Assembly: GCA_951406725.2 (NCBI GenBank) | Contig: OX597819.1 | Location: 37,014,001-37,078,000, forward strand | Source: Octopus vulgaris | Lineage: Eukaryota | Length of the DNA: 64,000 bases | Direction: 5' to 3' | Part shown: piece after piece, positions 41,575 to 54,062 of the stretch | Position numbering within the stretch: the stretch's first letter is position 1 | Layout of the letters: each line of letters starts with the position of its first letter | The notes under the pieces: model-generated | What the model was told of the DNA's origin: nothing | Databases searched by the model: none | Seen by the model: the letters and a program-made list of their open reading frames with translations, nothing else | Position numbers and translations under genes: made by a program

Positions 41575-44146
41575 ATCCATTTTATTGACAAATATTCATG
41601 CGCCAGTCTACATCTGTATATATATATATTTGTATATACAAGCATATGCCTATATGTGTGTGTTCGTGTGTGTGTGCATGTGTGTCTGCCTACCTGCCTA
41701 TGTGATAAAAGGTACTCTCAGTATAGCACGTAGTGTTAGCGAAACCCGGACGTCAAGACTGCCGAGCGTACTTCTTAACCACTTTTCTATGCTTGTATAA
41801 GTCTGTGTGTGCGCGCGCTTGTAATAACAGGAATACATTCTTCCCAGTAGACAGACAAACAATTGTAAATCAACATTCACGGATCCAAGCACTTAAATGT
41901 TCAGAAAATTTGGACTGACTGCAACCATGCTATATAAACAGTCATGTAAGTTGTAAGATACCACAAATTTCTTCCCTGATTTAAATTCGTTTTGGCGTTT
42001 ACAAAATTGCAATTTCTCGAATGTGATGTAAAATACAAATGGAAAGAAGAAACAAAATCGAAAGACATAAGTGTCGAAATAGCTCTTTATTCTAATGATG
42101 ATGTAACAGGAAAGAATACATTGACAAAAACACCACAAATATAAAAGAAATATCACTCAGAATGTTCCAGAAAATTAAAGAGAATGGACAGTAGGCGTCT
42201 GTTTGAGAAGGATTCAGCCTCACAGCAGCGGATGGTGAATAGAGAATAATTATCGAAGCAAGAATGTTTTAGAATGAAGATTTCAGTTATAAAAGGAGAG
42301 GGGCAAAAAAAATCTGTTATTTGATAAAGAATTGTTTATTAAAATGATACATATTCTTTATATATCTAAATGTATGTGTACGTATATAAATGTGTGTGTA
42401 CACGCGCGCGTGTATGGGTGCATGTGTATGTGCATGTATGCATGTGTGTGTGCATGTATGCATGTGTGTGTGTGTGCATATATACACACATACACACATA
42501 CTTTTAATATTAATAGTGGCTGTTTTCTTCGGGGTTTAGCCGTTGAAACTTGCTAATAAAAACTGTGCATGTTGAAGGCATCAACAACACAAACCTATTA
42601 AACAAATGTATGTATGTGTGCGTGTGAGAGAGAGAGAGGGGGGTAAAGAGAAAGAGAAAGAAAAGGGAAAAGAATGAAAGAGAAAGAGTGTGTGTATGTA
42701 TATGTATACGTATGTGTATCAATATGCATTTGTATAACTTACTATGTACGTATTTATACATGTATGCATGTATGTATGTAGCCATCCATGAATGGATGGA
42801 TGGATGGATGGATGGATTGTGGATGGAAAGGTGGCTGCCAAACAAAATCGTGCAATATTAATGAAAAGCAGTACAAATCAGAGACATTAAAATAATAGCT
42901 TTCTGTACTTAAAGCAAGAGGAATTGCCCTCACTTGAGCAAAGCATTCGAAAATTGAGCAAAGCATTCCAACATTCGAAAATTATCAATAGGAACAGGGA
43001 ATCGGTACAAACAAATTTGCACACGCAAAAAATTTGTTGGTGGTTGAATACTGAAGCATTGTGAGGAAGATGAAGAAGGCGGAATGATGTCATATTGGTA
43101 TTACTTCAATTTTTTCCATTTCAAATTTTCTAAATTTACTCGCGGTTGACTGCTGATTAGTTACCTTGGTTGAAACGCCGGCTCGATGTCCTGAGCTACA
43201 GTGAGCGGTTTGATTTACCGATTCTTGAATACTTTCTCCTTTACCTGTTGACTGTTCATAATCTACCCCCAGCAGAGAGCACTGGTTCTCTCGTTTAGCC
43301 AAATAGTTTAGCAAATAAGCTGAAGAAATAAGGAGAAAAATAAAGAATAAAAGCAATAAAATTCTATGTAAATGATCCACGAATAGAATGTATAGGACAG
43401 TTAAACTTATATTGAATGTATGCGCCACAATGCCATCTAAAATCAAACAAGTGAGAATATATCATTCCCAGGCTTAATGTTAAAATGAGGTAAAGAAATA
43501 TCAATTTGAAGCGCAAAATACATTTTTGTAAGCTCACATTGTCTTGTTTTGTTGCTTTGCTGATTCTTTTCGACGAGCGTGTGTAAAGAGAAAAAATTTC
43601 GAAGTGAAAAATCTAATGCTGTAGAAATTGTAAGAGTTTGCTCAGCAATTGTTGAGTAAAGGTATTGGGGAATATCTCTTGAGATGTCGACCGAGAGATA
43701 GAAAACTGTGTTGCAAGAAACCGTATAAAAACTGTGAATAAAAGTGAAACGAGTGAAATGACGCGAGTTATTTACATCCAACAATACGAATATCATTTAT
43801 TTGAACGGAAACAAAATTCTGCCGAAGGAAACTACGAGAAAAACTAACTTGAAAAAAAAAACAATAAAAAGGAAGAAACAATAAAAATTGAACAAAATAT
43901 GAACTGAGAAAAATAAATAAATGAATCAAAACAATGCAAAGTGACACAAAATAGAAATGAGTGAATAGAATAGAGAGATAGACGGACATACTTAGGTTTA
44001 TAGGTGGGGGGAAGTATAGAAGATAGAAGAGCAATTTCAAACATGTAGAAGGAAGAGGTGAATACATGAAAATATTAAATATATCAGAGGAATAGATTTA
44101 ACTCTTTGTCTACCTTTTAATTGATAGAATCACTTAGACAAAAGTA

Positions 44147-44302
<156 letters not shown>

Positions 44303-45180
44303 GGGTAGGTAATATAATATTGTATTATGCATTATATTTTTAATTTATTTTGCAACAATTTCTTTTTTTTTCTGAAATCGTAAGTTTATATTACATTATA
44401 ATATACTATACTAATATTATATTATATTACATTATATTATATTATATTATATTATATTATATTATATTATATTAAATACATATTTTTTTATTTCTTTTAC
44501 AAGAATTTTTATCTGAAATCATATTGTGAAACCAATCTTGGAATATTTTGGAAGAAACAGTTAATTAAAGCTTATAAACACACTCGCAAGTTGTTTGTCT
44601 ATATAAACAAGTGTGCTTATCGGGCTTCACTTATATGACTATTCAAGAATATAATAATATGTGTTACTGTAAATAACTGGATATTTTATCTTTATAGTAC
44701 AACTAGCGGTTTCTACATTCGCATGAACATTCTTTAAATAAGAAGTCTTTGTTTCAGTGATGGTCTTTAACTGGCTGCTGTGTATATAAGCGTTGGTGTA
44801 CGAATTTCAGTGAGTCTTTCACAAAGTGTTTGTGCATGTTTTAGTGTCTTTTGAAACTGTCTGATGGCGATTAATGTGAGGTGTGTTATTTTTGAAAACA
44901 GATATATGTTGCTAGCATTCCATCTAATCTTCTTAGTGATGTTCTAAATGTATAAGCATGTTGATATAATCTATCCTTAAATTATCAGTCAGTTCAGTTT
45001 AATTTTATATATAATGTTAGATGTAATGATACCTACATACAAAACTATTTTTTCTTCAGCAATTACCATTGATTGAACATGTAATTTTAGGATGGAATTT
45101 GCATTTCTTACCTGTAACTGATGTCTAAGTTCTGATGGATACCAATAGCCATTTCTTTTTTATTATTAACGGCTGCTAAA

Positions 45181-45395
45181 AGGCGGCGAGCTTGCAGAAT
45201 ATTTAGTATGTCAATCGAAGTGCTTAGCGGCATTTCGTCCTTTTTTATGTTCTGAGTTCAATTTTCTCCGAGGTCTACTTTGCTCTTCATATTTTCAGAG
45301 TCGATAAAATAAGTACCAGTTGAGCGCTGGGTGTTTATGTAATCGACTAGCTCCCTTCCTCATAATTTCAGACCTTATCCTTACAGCAGAAAGAA
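45181..45395 (+). mobile_element. SINE family A, diverged
   Basis: Head and core recognisable. Confidence 0.8.
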
Positions 45396-46022
45396 TTATT
45401 TATGGCTGCCAGTGTATAGCAAAGTGTTGTGCAATTTATTTTGAGGGAGTTCGCCTTAAAGATATCCTGCACGTATGGTGTCTAGGCATACGAGAGAAGT
45501 TTTTCCTATCTCACATTTATGCTTTCATTTATCAAATATAGTGAATTAAACTACGTAGTTTTTCTTTGGCGCTTCGTCCTATTGATTGTGTGTATGTTCA
45601 TGATATTTAAGGGTTTCTTCGAAATCGCTACGTATCAGTACGTTATTACATGTATTTGCTACACTACTAATTGATGAATCGTCGTAGAAGTTGCCAAATT
45701 CACATGCTCAAAGTAGTTGCTAGCTTTCTAATAATGGACGGTGGATAATTTGAATGAATTTATATGCAAATAAGTTGCTAGATATAATGTAAAGTAAATG
45801 TATTTCCGCGGTAAATTCGAATGTTACATCGAAGACGTTGGCTATTCTGAGTGAGCTACTAAATTAAGTTTTAAGATTCAAGTTACTGAATAGCTTATTT
45901 AGGTTAACTTGAATTTATCTATTTATTGATAGTTTATATTTTCAGAGATTAATAGACCATCTTCTCTATAGATTCTACTGTTAATGGTGTAAATATTTTG
46001 TGCATTAAGCTTAAAATATATA

Positions 46023-47291
46023 TCAGGTCATCCCATAAGTTCTGTCCGAATTTTGAATAAAGAAAACAAGTTATATTTAATTGAAATTTAATCATCAATG
46101 TACTTTCCCTGATTATCTACAACTTCCTTCCATCTATTTACAAGCTTTTTAATCCCATCAATGTAAAACTCTTTTGGTTTCAAAACGAAGAACTCTGAAA
46201 TGTCAGTTTCGACCTCCTCCTGGCTTGTGAAAGTTATGTCCCCCAAATGATTCTGTAAACTACGAAACAAATGGACGTCTAAGGAGCAAGGTCGGGAGAA
46301 TAAGGTGGATGAGGATTTTTTCCCAAGCTCTTCGATCTTCTGTGATGTGCTCTTTGCAGTGTCAGATCGCGCATTGTCCTGATGAAACATCACTCTTTTT
46401 CGATTCACTAAAGCGGTTCTTATTTTCATCAAAGCTTGGTTCAAACGCTCTAATTGCTGACAGTAGGCTTGAGCGTTGATTGTTGCATTAGGTGGTAACA
46501 ATTCAAAGTGAATTACTCCTTTGCAATCCCACCAGATAGAGAGAAGAACCTTTTTCCCATGAAGTTCCCTTCTCGGTTGTGGTTGAGCTTTTTCCATTTT
46601 ACCAAGCCACTATTTACGACATTTAACATTTCGATAGAAGATCCACTTTTCGTCACCAGTCACAAGTCTATCGAAAAAGGGTGAAATGAGTTCGCGAGAA
46701 TGGAAAGAAGAGCAGATGTCAACTCAGGTTTTGTGGTTGCTTTCAAACAATTCATGAGGCACCCATTTTCCAAATTTAGGAACCTTTCCAAGTTGTTGAA
46801 GATGTCGATGAACAGTTGTATGGTTTGAACTGAGCTTTATTGCCAATTCTTCAACTGATAATGCAGCAGGATCTTCTTAAAGTAATGCCCCAAGGAGCTT
46901 ATCATCAAACTCGAATGGACGTCCTGTTCGACCTTTATCTTCAAGGCCGAAATCTCCACTTCTGAATTTTGCAAACCATCTTCTAGTTCTTTCATTCAAG
47001 CATTCTTCCCCATAAACTGAGTGTATGTTTCGAGTCGCTTCGGCTGCAGAGTTACCTTTTTTGTACTCATATGCATTTGTACTCAATTGCTCTTTGGATA
47101 TTTCCATGTTAGGAAGGGTTTTAATCAAAGAAATTTAAATTCTATCATTCTGTAAAATGATATTTAATTAGTTTAAATGTACACAAATACATAAATATAA
47201 TTTTTAATTCCATTAGATATTCTAAAATACTATTAAATTTCATTCAATTTTAAAAAAGGTAAAATCGGACAGAACTTATGGGATGACCTGA
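46023..47291 (-). mobile_element. Full-length mariner element with TIRs, TA TSD and disrupted DD34D transposase
   Basis: TIR TCAGGTCATCCCATAAGTTCTGTCCGA at both ends, flanked by TA; WFAKFRSGDF.LED, WVPHEL, VTGDEKWI, HQDNAR, PPYSPDLAP; several frameshifts. Confidence 0.96.
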
Positions 47292-47731
47292 TAATTAAAT
47301 CATTAGTTTCTAAACTTAAATCGAAGAGGTCAGTGCTATATGTTTTCACCAATGCGGTATTGTTAGAGAAAAGTACCGGTTTTCTGGCAAGGATTTTATA
47401 TTTAAGTCGTTTTTTTGTGATTGCAAAATAGTGCTTTGTGAAATGTAAAGCCTACTGCCCGACTTTCACTACTAGGTGTTTAGTGATGGATGCGTAGTAG
47501 TCACTAATATCAAATTAAGTGAATGTGTGTTCGTGTTTATATAGGATATGTGCAAACCAGCTTATAATTAATACACTGCTGATTCCAAAGTGCTAATCTA
47601 GGAATTTTTGGATAATGTTGTTGAATTTATCTAATATTTTTTTATCGGTTGCTCTAAATTAAGCTTTCGTCCAGTGCGAACATTTTCTGTATCTGCTTGA
47701 GGAGGTTATTCATTAAGTAAGAATTGAATTA

Positions 47732-48345
47732 CACTGGGCAACAAAGTTTTTTTTTGTCTGTTGCCTGGAATATTTCAATGAATTCCTAAGTGATTTTGCC
47801 TGCTAAATTTAAAATAACTTCAGTTTTTCTCTGTCAGGTCTTGTTTTCTAACTAGACCTGATAGAGCAAGTATTTTATTATACAAGAGGCATATAATATG
47901 AATCAATAAAGAGAGCGTAACACAAAACAAAACAATACAAATAAAAATTCAAAATTGAAAACGCACATTAACAAAGAATTTTGTTAGAAAATTCAAGGAA
48001 TAAATTTACGCTTCTTTGTGCACCATGAATGTTGAGCAACAGGAGTATCTTGTTTTAAACACCAGCAATAGTGTGCCATCATCACAGTATCCCAACGTCC
48101 TTGGTACCGAGTTTACGTCTCCTTGATGTCTTTGTTTATCACTAACACCGAGATTTTCAGGAAACGATCAAGATGACTAAAAAGATATTGCATTTTGATG
48201 TTCATATTCGTGCCAATATCACGAAAAGTTGATATCAAGGTAGTAACAAGGTCTTTATAGTTTTCACTTTTGTATTTCTCAAGGAAATTTTACACTACTT
48301 CTGCAAATGCTAGCCAAGCTGATGCATCATTTTCGCTCATCGTTT
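47732..48345 (-). pseudogene. 3' fragment of Chapaev3-like (CMC) DNA transposon
   Basis: MNIKMQYLFSHLD..PENLG.SD...DIKE..TRYQGRWD..MMAHYCW; terminus CACTGGGCAACAAA. Confidence 0.8.
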
Positions 48346-48566
48346 TAATTCCTTTGTCTGTCCTTGTTTCTCCCCCTCTATGGGCAATAAAGAAATAAGA
48401 ATCGTTAACATCTCGGGCAAAAAGTTTAGCGGTATTTCGTCCGTCTATACCTATACTTTGCCTTTCATCCTTTCGAGGTCAATTAAAATAAGTTCTAGTT
48501 AAGTCGATGTAATTGACTTGCCAACTTCCCCGAAATTGCTGGCCTTGTACCAAAATTTAAAACCAA
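48345..48566 (+). mobile_element. SINE family A tail fused to a head-truncated unit
   Basis: ...CAATAAAGAAATA|AGAATCGTTAAC... then core and tail. Confidence 0.75.
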
Positions 48567-48960
48567 TTTACATTAGGTATTTTGGTTACAGTTTTCAATA
48601 ATGCTGTCTGTCAGTATTGTATTTAAAATATTATAGTTTATTTTGTATTTGTTCTTTGTTATGTATACAAAATGTTGCTGAAATTACTTCAGATTCGCGA
48701 TCTTCGCAATTTTAAAGACGTTCATTTATAAATGATCCTGTAGTTTATTGCTTTTTAAGAATCTTCACAAAGAAGTGCAACATTGTTCCACTTCTTTGTG
48801 GAAAAAGAAAGCCTTGCGCATTGTTTTAATTAAAACTGCATTCCAGTTATTGTTGATATCAGCTGCTACTATTCAAAAGCTCCACTCTCTTACGAAATAT
48901 TAACAGAAATGTAAACAATAGTGAGCAAAAGATCTCTAGATGTTGGCTTGTAGAGAACTA

Positions 48961-49399
48961 GGATCTTTTCGGTTTGAACGGCAGTTTTTTCTAGCGGTGT
49001 CATATGAAATTGTCACCTAAAATTATGACCCTAGTATCGATCTAGTGCATTTCAATCTGTTTTAGGGTTAGCGTTAGGGTTAGTTAGGGTTAGGGTTAGG
49101 GGTGGGGGAAGGGTATCTTTTTTTCTTCAGAAATGTAAATAAACCCAATCTGTTTCTTAAACGAGGGACATATTCATACGGCACAGAATGGTTTTTTTTA
49201 CCACAATGGACGACAGTGATTCGTTGAAATTGCAGAAATTGAAGAAAAAACAACGAATATCTTACAAACTATAGAATTTTCTCAATAAAGCCAAAAGAAA
49301 AAGATGTTTTATAAACACATTCTACCAGTATACGAAGTTTAAAATTTTTTAGTTACCTAGAAATTACGTTAAAAACTGCCGTTCAAACCGAAAAGATCC
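48961..49399 (+). mobile_element. GGATC-TIR TTAGGG MITE
   Basis: Perfect TIR; TSD GAGAACTA on both sides. Confidence 0.96.
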
Positions 49400-49639
49400 G
49401 AGAACTATATCTCTGTGTATGTCATTCGTTCATTGTTCAATATCTATCTATCTGACTGTCTGTCTGTCTGTTTCACACATGCTTACTATATATACATATT
49501 TATATAACATTCAAGTTCCTTTACAGAAAACGTTTAAGAGTGTGAGCATAAGAGCTCCTATATTATTTTGTTGGTAACGGCCTAGTGATTCAAACTTACA
49601 AGAGGAGTTTTATGGGATTGTACCGAGCTGTTCTGACAC

Positions 49640-49800
49640 AGTTTCTCTCCTTGTTTCTTTCTGTGTTCCTTTCTGTGGAAGAGCCTAGGCTCGAAACATT
49701 AAAGACTTTTTTCATTTCCCGAGCGTTAAACTAATACATCTTTTTGTTGTCTACACCACCTGCTTCGTCTTTTGTGGGGTTTTTTTTGTGAATTCTCCCT
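49640..49800 (+). mobile_element. Penelope-like terminal repeat fragment
   Basis: CTGTGGAAGAGCCTAGGCTCGAAAC...ACACCACCTG...AATTCTCCC then TA. Confidence 0.6.
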
Positions 49801-49810
49801 ATATATACTT

Positions 49811-49845
<35 letters not shown>

Positions 49846-50106
49846 CACATACTCACACACATATATATACATTTATGCATGCATGTATGTAAGTATATAT
49901 ATAATGTGATGAACATCCAACACAAATCAAGAGATATGGAAATGTGCTATTTCTTTTACATCGCAGTTTATTAATTCTAAAGTATATTATTACAATCAGA
50001 TCATTTCAAAATACAATAACGTATTGAAAAACAGATTATCAAAATCAAATTATTTCAAAATACATTATTACATATTCCCAAACATCAAGTGTGTATGTGT
50101 ATGTGT

Positions 50107-50145
<39 letters not shown>

Positions 50146-50699
50146 TATGTATATATGTACGTACGTATTAATGTGCATACGGCGTGCGTTTGAGAATCTG
50201 AATTTCATTTAATTGTAATTAGGGTATTTAGCATCCACTCAGTTTAGAAAATAAACAGATATTAAAACATCTCATTTTTCTCTTACACGCAGTAAAATAA
50301 GGATATTGCCCTGGCATGTTTCATAACTAATCGGTTATTCTTCAGAGGACATCCACCCTCATTATTCTGTCTACGAGAGAAATTTTGACAAGCGCGTGCG
50401 CACACACACATACACATATATATACATACATATGTGAATGTATATAAGTATGTATACGCCTGTCTATCTATCCCGTCATGCAAACTCAAACATGAATACA
50501 TGTCATTATGCTTATCTCTATATCTATTTACTTCTGATTTGCAAATATAGAGAATTCCTCTGATAAGAAACTGGTAGTTCGCTGTCTTCATTCCAAAGAC
50601 ATATTACACCCATGTTTCCCAGTACACACAAAACTGGGTTTTTTTTAAATTTCTAGTTCCTTTGACGAAGGAGTTAGACTTGTCCTGAATACTCTACTC

Positions 50700-51095
50700 T
50701 CTCTTTTACTCTTTTCTCTTTTACTTGTTTCAGTCATTTGACTGCGGCCATGCTGGAGCAACGCCTTTAGTCGAGCAAATCTTTGTAAGCCCAGTACTTA
50801 TTCTATCGGTCTCTTTTGCCGAACCGCTAAGTTACTGAGACGTAAACACACCAGCATCGGTTGTCAAGCAATGCTAGAGGGACAAACACAGACACACAAA
50901 CATATACACACACACACACATATATATATATACGACAGGCTTCTTTCAGTTTCCGTCTACCAAATTCACTCACAAGGCATTGGTCGGTTCGAAGCTATAG
51001 CAGAAGATACTTGCCCAAGATGCCACGCAGTGGGACTGAACCCGGAACCATGTGGTTGGTAAGCAAGCTACTTACCACACAGCCACTCCCACGCC
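50700..51095 (-). mobile_element. SINE family B
   Basis: Same structure as 2130-2527. Confidence 0.9.
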
Positions 51096-51294
51096 TATAT
51101 ACTTGCATAGATGCATTTAAGTTTTCAGTTAAAGTAAGAGTCCAGTTTATTTGGATTCTGTCTTTTTTTTAAATCTGTATAGCAAGGAAAAAATGTAGGA
51201 ATTTTCAAAACTATCACCATAACCCTAACTCCTTACTGTTTTTATGTAAGTAATGTTGGAGATTTGCTTCGTTCTTTAAAGGTGAAAGAGATAC

Positions 51295-51590
51295 TGGCAT
51301 TCTGTCCGTTATAAAGACAAAGGTTCCAGTTTCTCCGATCACTGGAACAGCCTGTTCATGAAATTAAAGTGTAAGCGGTTGAGCAGTCCACAGACCCTTA
51401 ACGTATGTACGTAACCTTAACGTAGCTCTCAGGGAGAATCAGTGTGACAAGGAATGTGACGAGGCTTGCCCTTTGAAGAACAGGTACTACTCATTTTTGC
51501 CAGCTGAGTAGACTGGAGCAACGTGAAATAAAGTGTCTCGCTCAAGGACACAAGGTGCCGAACACCCTAGCCACTAAGCCGTGCTCCTTC
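51295..51590 (-). mobile_element. SINE related to family C (shared 3' half)
   Basis: GGTTCCAGTT..CCGATC..GGAACAGCCTG..CATGAAATTAA is the reverse complement of 9185-9232; CCTTGAGCGAGACACTT motif near the head. Confidence 0.65.
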
Positions 51591-52269
51591 ACTCTGAAAG
51601 TGATACACATCTAAAACTGATACATATACACACATGGATGCTTATATACATACATACATACATACATACATACATACATACATACATACATACATACATA
51701 CATACATACATACATACACATACGTAGATGTGTACATACCTACATACACACATACAGACCTGAAATTTGGTGGGAGGGTACAATTCGATTACATTGACCC
51801 CAGTGCTTCACAGGTACATATTTTAAGTCCACCTGAGCGGAATCTGAACTCAGAACGGAAAAAAACGGACGAAATGCCGTTAAGCATTTTTCCGGTATGC
51901 AAACGATTCTGCCAGTTTGCCGTGCTGAAATTTAAAGCTAGCAGCTTGCACGACACCGCTAAGACAAGCTAGAGCAAGATCTTCATCTTCGCAATAAAGT
52001 GGGTGTTATTTTGGACTTTCCTTCCGTTAGAGAGATGTATAAACAAACAACTGGGGTCCCTTACTTTCGGCTGTTAATTGGTTGTTGACTCCACTGAGTT
52101 CCTCAGTCATTTTACAGTTTTTGTTTTTCGCTTTGTAGGGTGTCTAATGAAAAGCACATACAACCATGTATGTATGTATACATACTTAAGTACGTATGTA
52201 CATGCATACAATGATACACACATATGTACATACATAAATATGTGCACACATACATTTGTATCTACTTGC

Positions 52270-52790
52270 ATGGCCACTGCGCTTCATCTTCTCAAACGAC
52301 TCCCGTCTCTGTGTGCTTCCTCGTCCTCAGTAGCTTTCCGCCCATAACTCTCATGATTGTTGCAGGCCTATATGGTTTAGCACGTTGGTGACAGTAGAAA
52401 GTTGTCATTTACTGTGCACTTTCAACGGGTTGGGTCTGAACATGTCGCCACTCTTCCATTGCCATGGGACATTCAGTAGATGGAATGTTGTATAAGGTTA
52501 CCATCAAAAAACATTTGTACGTCTTTGGATTATAGTGACAAACGCTTGTACAACACGAATACCACTAACTGAACCACTGTGATTAGTACCTAGCAACAAG
52601 CTGAAGCATGACCAGTAACCATGTGAAATTTCTCCTAAAAAGAAGTTGTGACAACAGCTAGGGATTCCTCACACCCAGTGGTTTAACTGCGCGACCTGAG
52701 ACAAACCAAGGGTATTTCTACATACCGGCGTTCAGTTGGGTTGCCATCATATATGCTGGTTAACCCATAGCTGGAACCCTGGTGTTTTAC
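52270..52790 (-). mobile_element. Distant relative of the RTE-derived bipartite element
   Basis: TCGCGCAGTTAAACCACTGGGTGTGAGGAATCCCTAG...TAGGAGAA aligns with 14407-14471. Confidence 0.5.
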
Positions 52791-53071
52791 CCCGGGTCAG
52801 AATAGAACAAGGAACAATAATAGTTAAGATTCGGTTTCACACTTCTCAAAATCTCGAGAATCCTGAACCAGAGCACCACTACAGGATGCAATTTAAATTC
52901 ATACTCAGGACGTACGTACATACGTAAATACTTACACATACACACCCACATACACACACATGCACACACATACCCAAACACACACATACATATATATATA
53001 CATACACATACATACATACATACATACATACATACATACATACATACATACATACATACATACATACATAC

Positions 53072-53615
53072 ATGGTGGCTGCCCCCTCGTTATCGAGTAT
53101 GGCCATTGCACGAAGCTTAATCAATGTTGTTATCGTGCAATGCCTGTGCAAGAAGATTATTTTTAAAGTGAGGAAAGGCTGTGCACTTAGTCAATCCCAC
53201 TCACTAAGCAACAGCAGCCATAATCCGAAAAGAAGAACAAGTCAACATCATCGGTAATCACTGAGCCGCAGGTTTTATATCGGAGTTATCCCAGTTACCT
53301 GAGTTACCTTCTCATAGAAGGATGCCCTAACAAAGACTAGGAGTCCTTCACTCCCAATGGTTTAACCGCGCGATTGGGTATTCAGTCCGATTATTTCTAT
53401 GTCCCCGCGCATGATACAGTCTTAAGACATTTATTGGATGGCTGTTGACTCTCAAGAGTTCCACCGCCCTTTGACGGGCTTTGTTTTTCATCCCACAGGG
53501 TGTCCAATAAACACCCTCCTCACCAAGCAAGCTTGGTAGGGTCGCCGACGACCCGACCATGCAACAGGTTGTACTGGGTTACATGCTACCAGTAGCACTC
53601 GAAAGTGACCTGACA
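53072..53615 (-). mobile_element. Apparently full-length RTE-derived bipartite non-autonomous retroelement in (TATG)n
   Basis: Homologous to 14208-14693 plus an extra 55-nt structured 5' head; RTE LINE tail; CATA repeats on both sides. Confidence 0.9.
53558..53615 (-). ncRNA. Class 1a xrRNA-like three-way-junction pseudoknot at the element 5' end
   Basis: UGU-CAGGU-CACU(UUCG)AGUG-C-UACUGG(UAGCAUGUAAC)CCAGUA-CA-ACCUG-UUGCAUG; P1, P2, P3 and L3/3' pseudoknot all pair by manual folding. Confidence 0.72.
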
Positions 53616-53730
53616 TATACATATGCATACATACATACATACATACATACATACATACATACATACATACATACATACATACATACATACATACATACAT
53701 GCGTGCATGCATACATACATGGTGTATGAT

Positions 53731-54062
53731 GATGGCTGCCCCCTCGTTATCGAGTATGGCCATTGCACGAAGCTTAACTGCTACTGGTGCTTTGATCGAA
53801 TGTGACTTTTTAGCCCAGCTAAAGATCTACAATGTCTTGTACAGAATTGGCAACTAAAACCTTTACCGGTAATAGCCGGCTGTAGTTGTAACTGGGCTTC
53901 ATGTACCTTTGCATGTCGTTTAAGTCCTCCTGCCGAATTACACTCTCTTCCACATGCTCGACAGATATGATTAGTATGGTGTGTTACACCACCACCAGTG
54001 GCCAGGTTATCACTCATCTGTCTCGCTTTATGACTACGAAGATGACACTTGAGTCCAGCTTT
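53731..54062 (-). pseudogene. 3' end of RTE-clade LINE with tandem C2H2 zinc fingers and short 3' UTR
   Basis: CRACGRECNSAGGLKRHAKVH and CQFCTRHCRSLAGLKSHIRSKH, stop, then the tail GCCATACTCGATAACGAGGGGGCAGCC; flanked by CATA repeats. Confidence 0.85.

Noticed and set aside
53558-53615. Twister or HDV-like ribozyme, or an endogenous flavivirus fragment, as the identity of the 5' head
   Set aside because: It lacks the catalytic consensus and nested double pseudoknot of those ribozymes. There is no viral coding sequence nearby, and the fold is an integral part of a multicopy retroelement.
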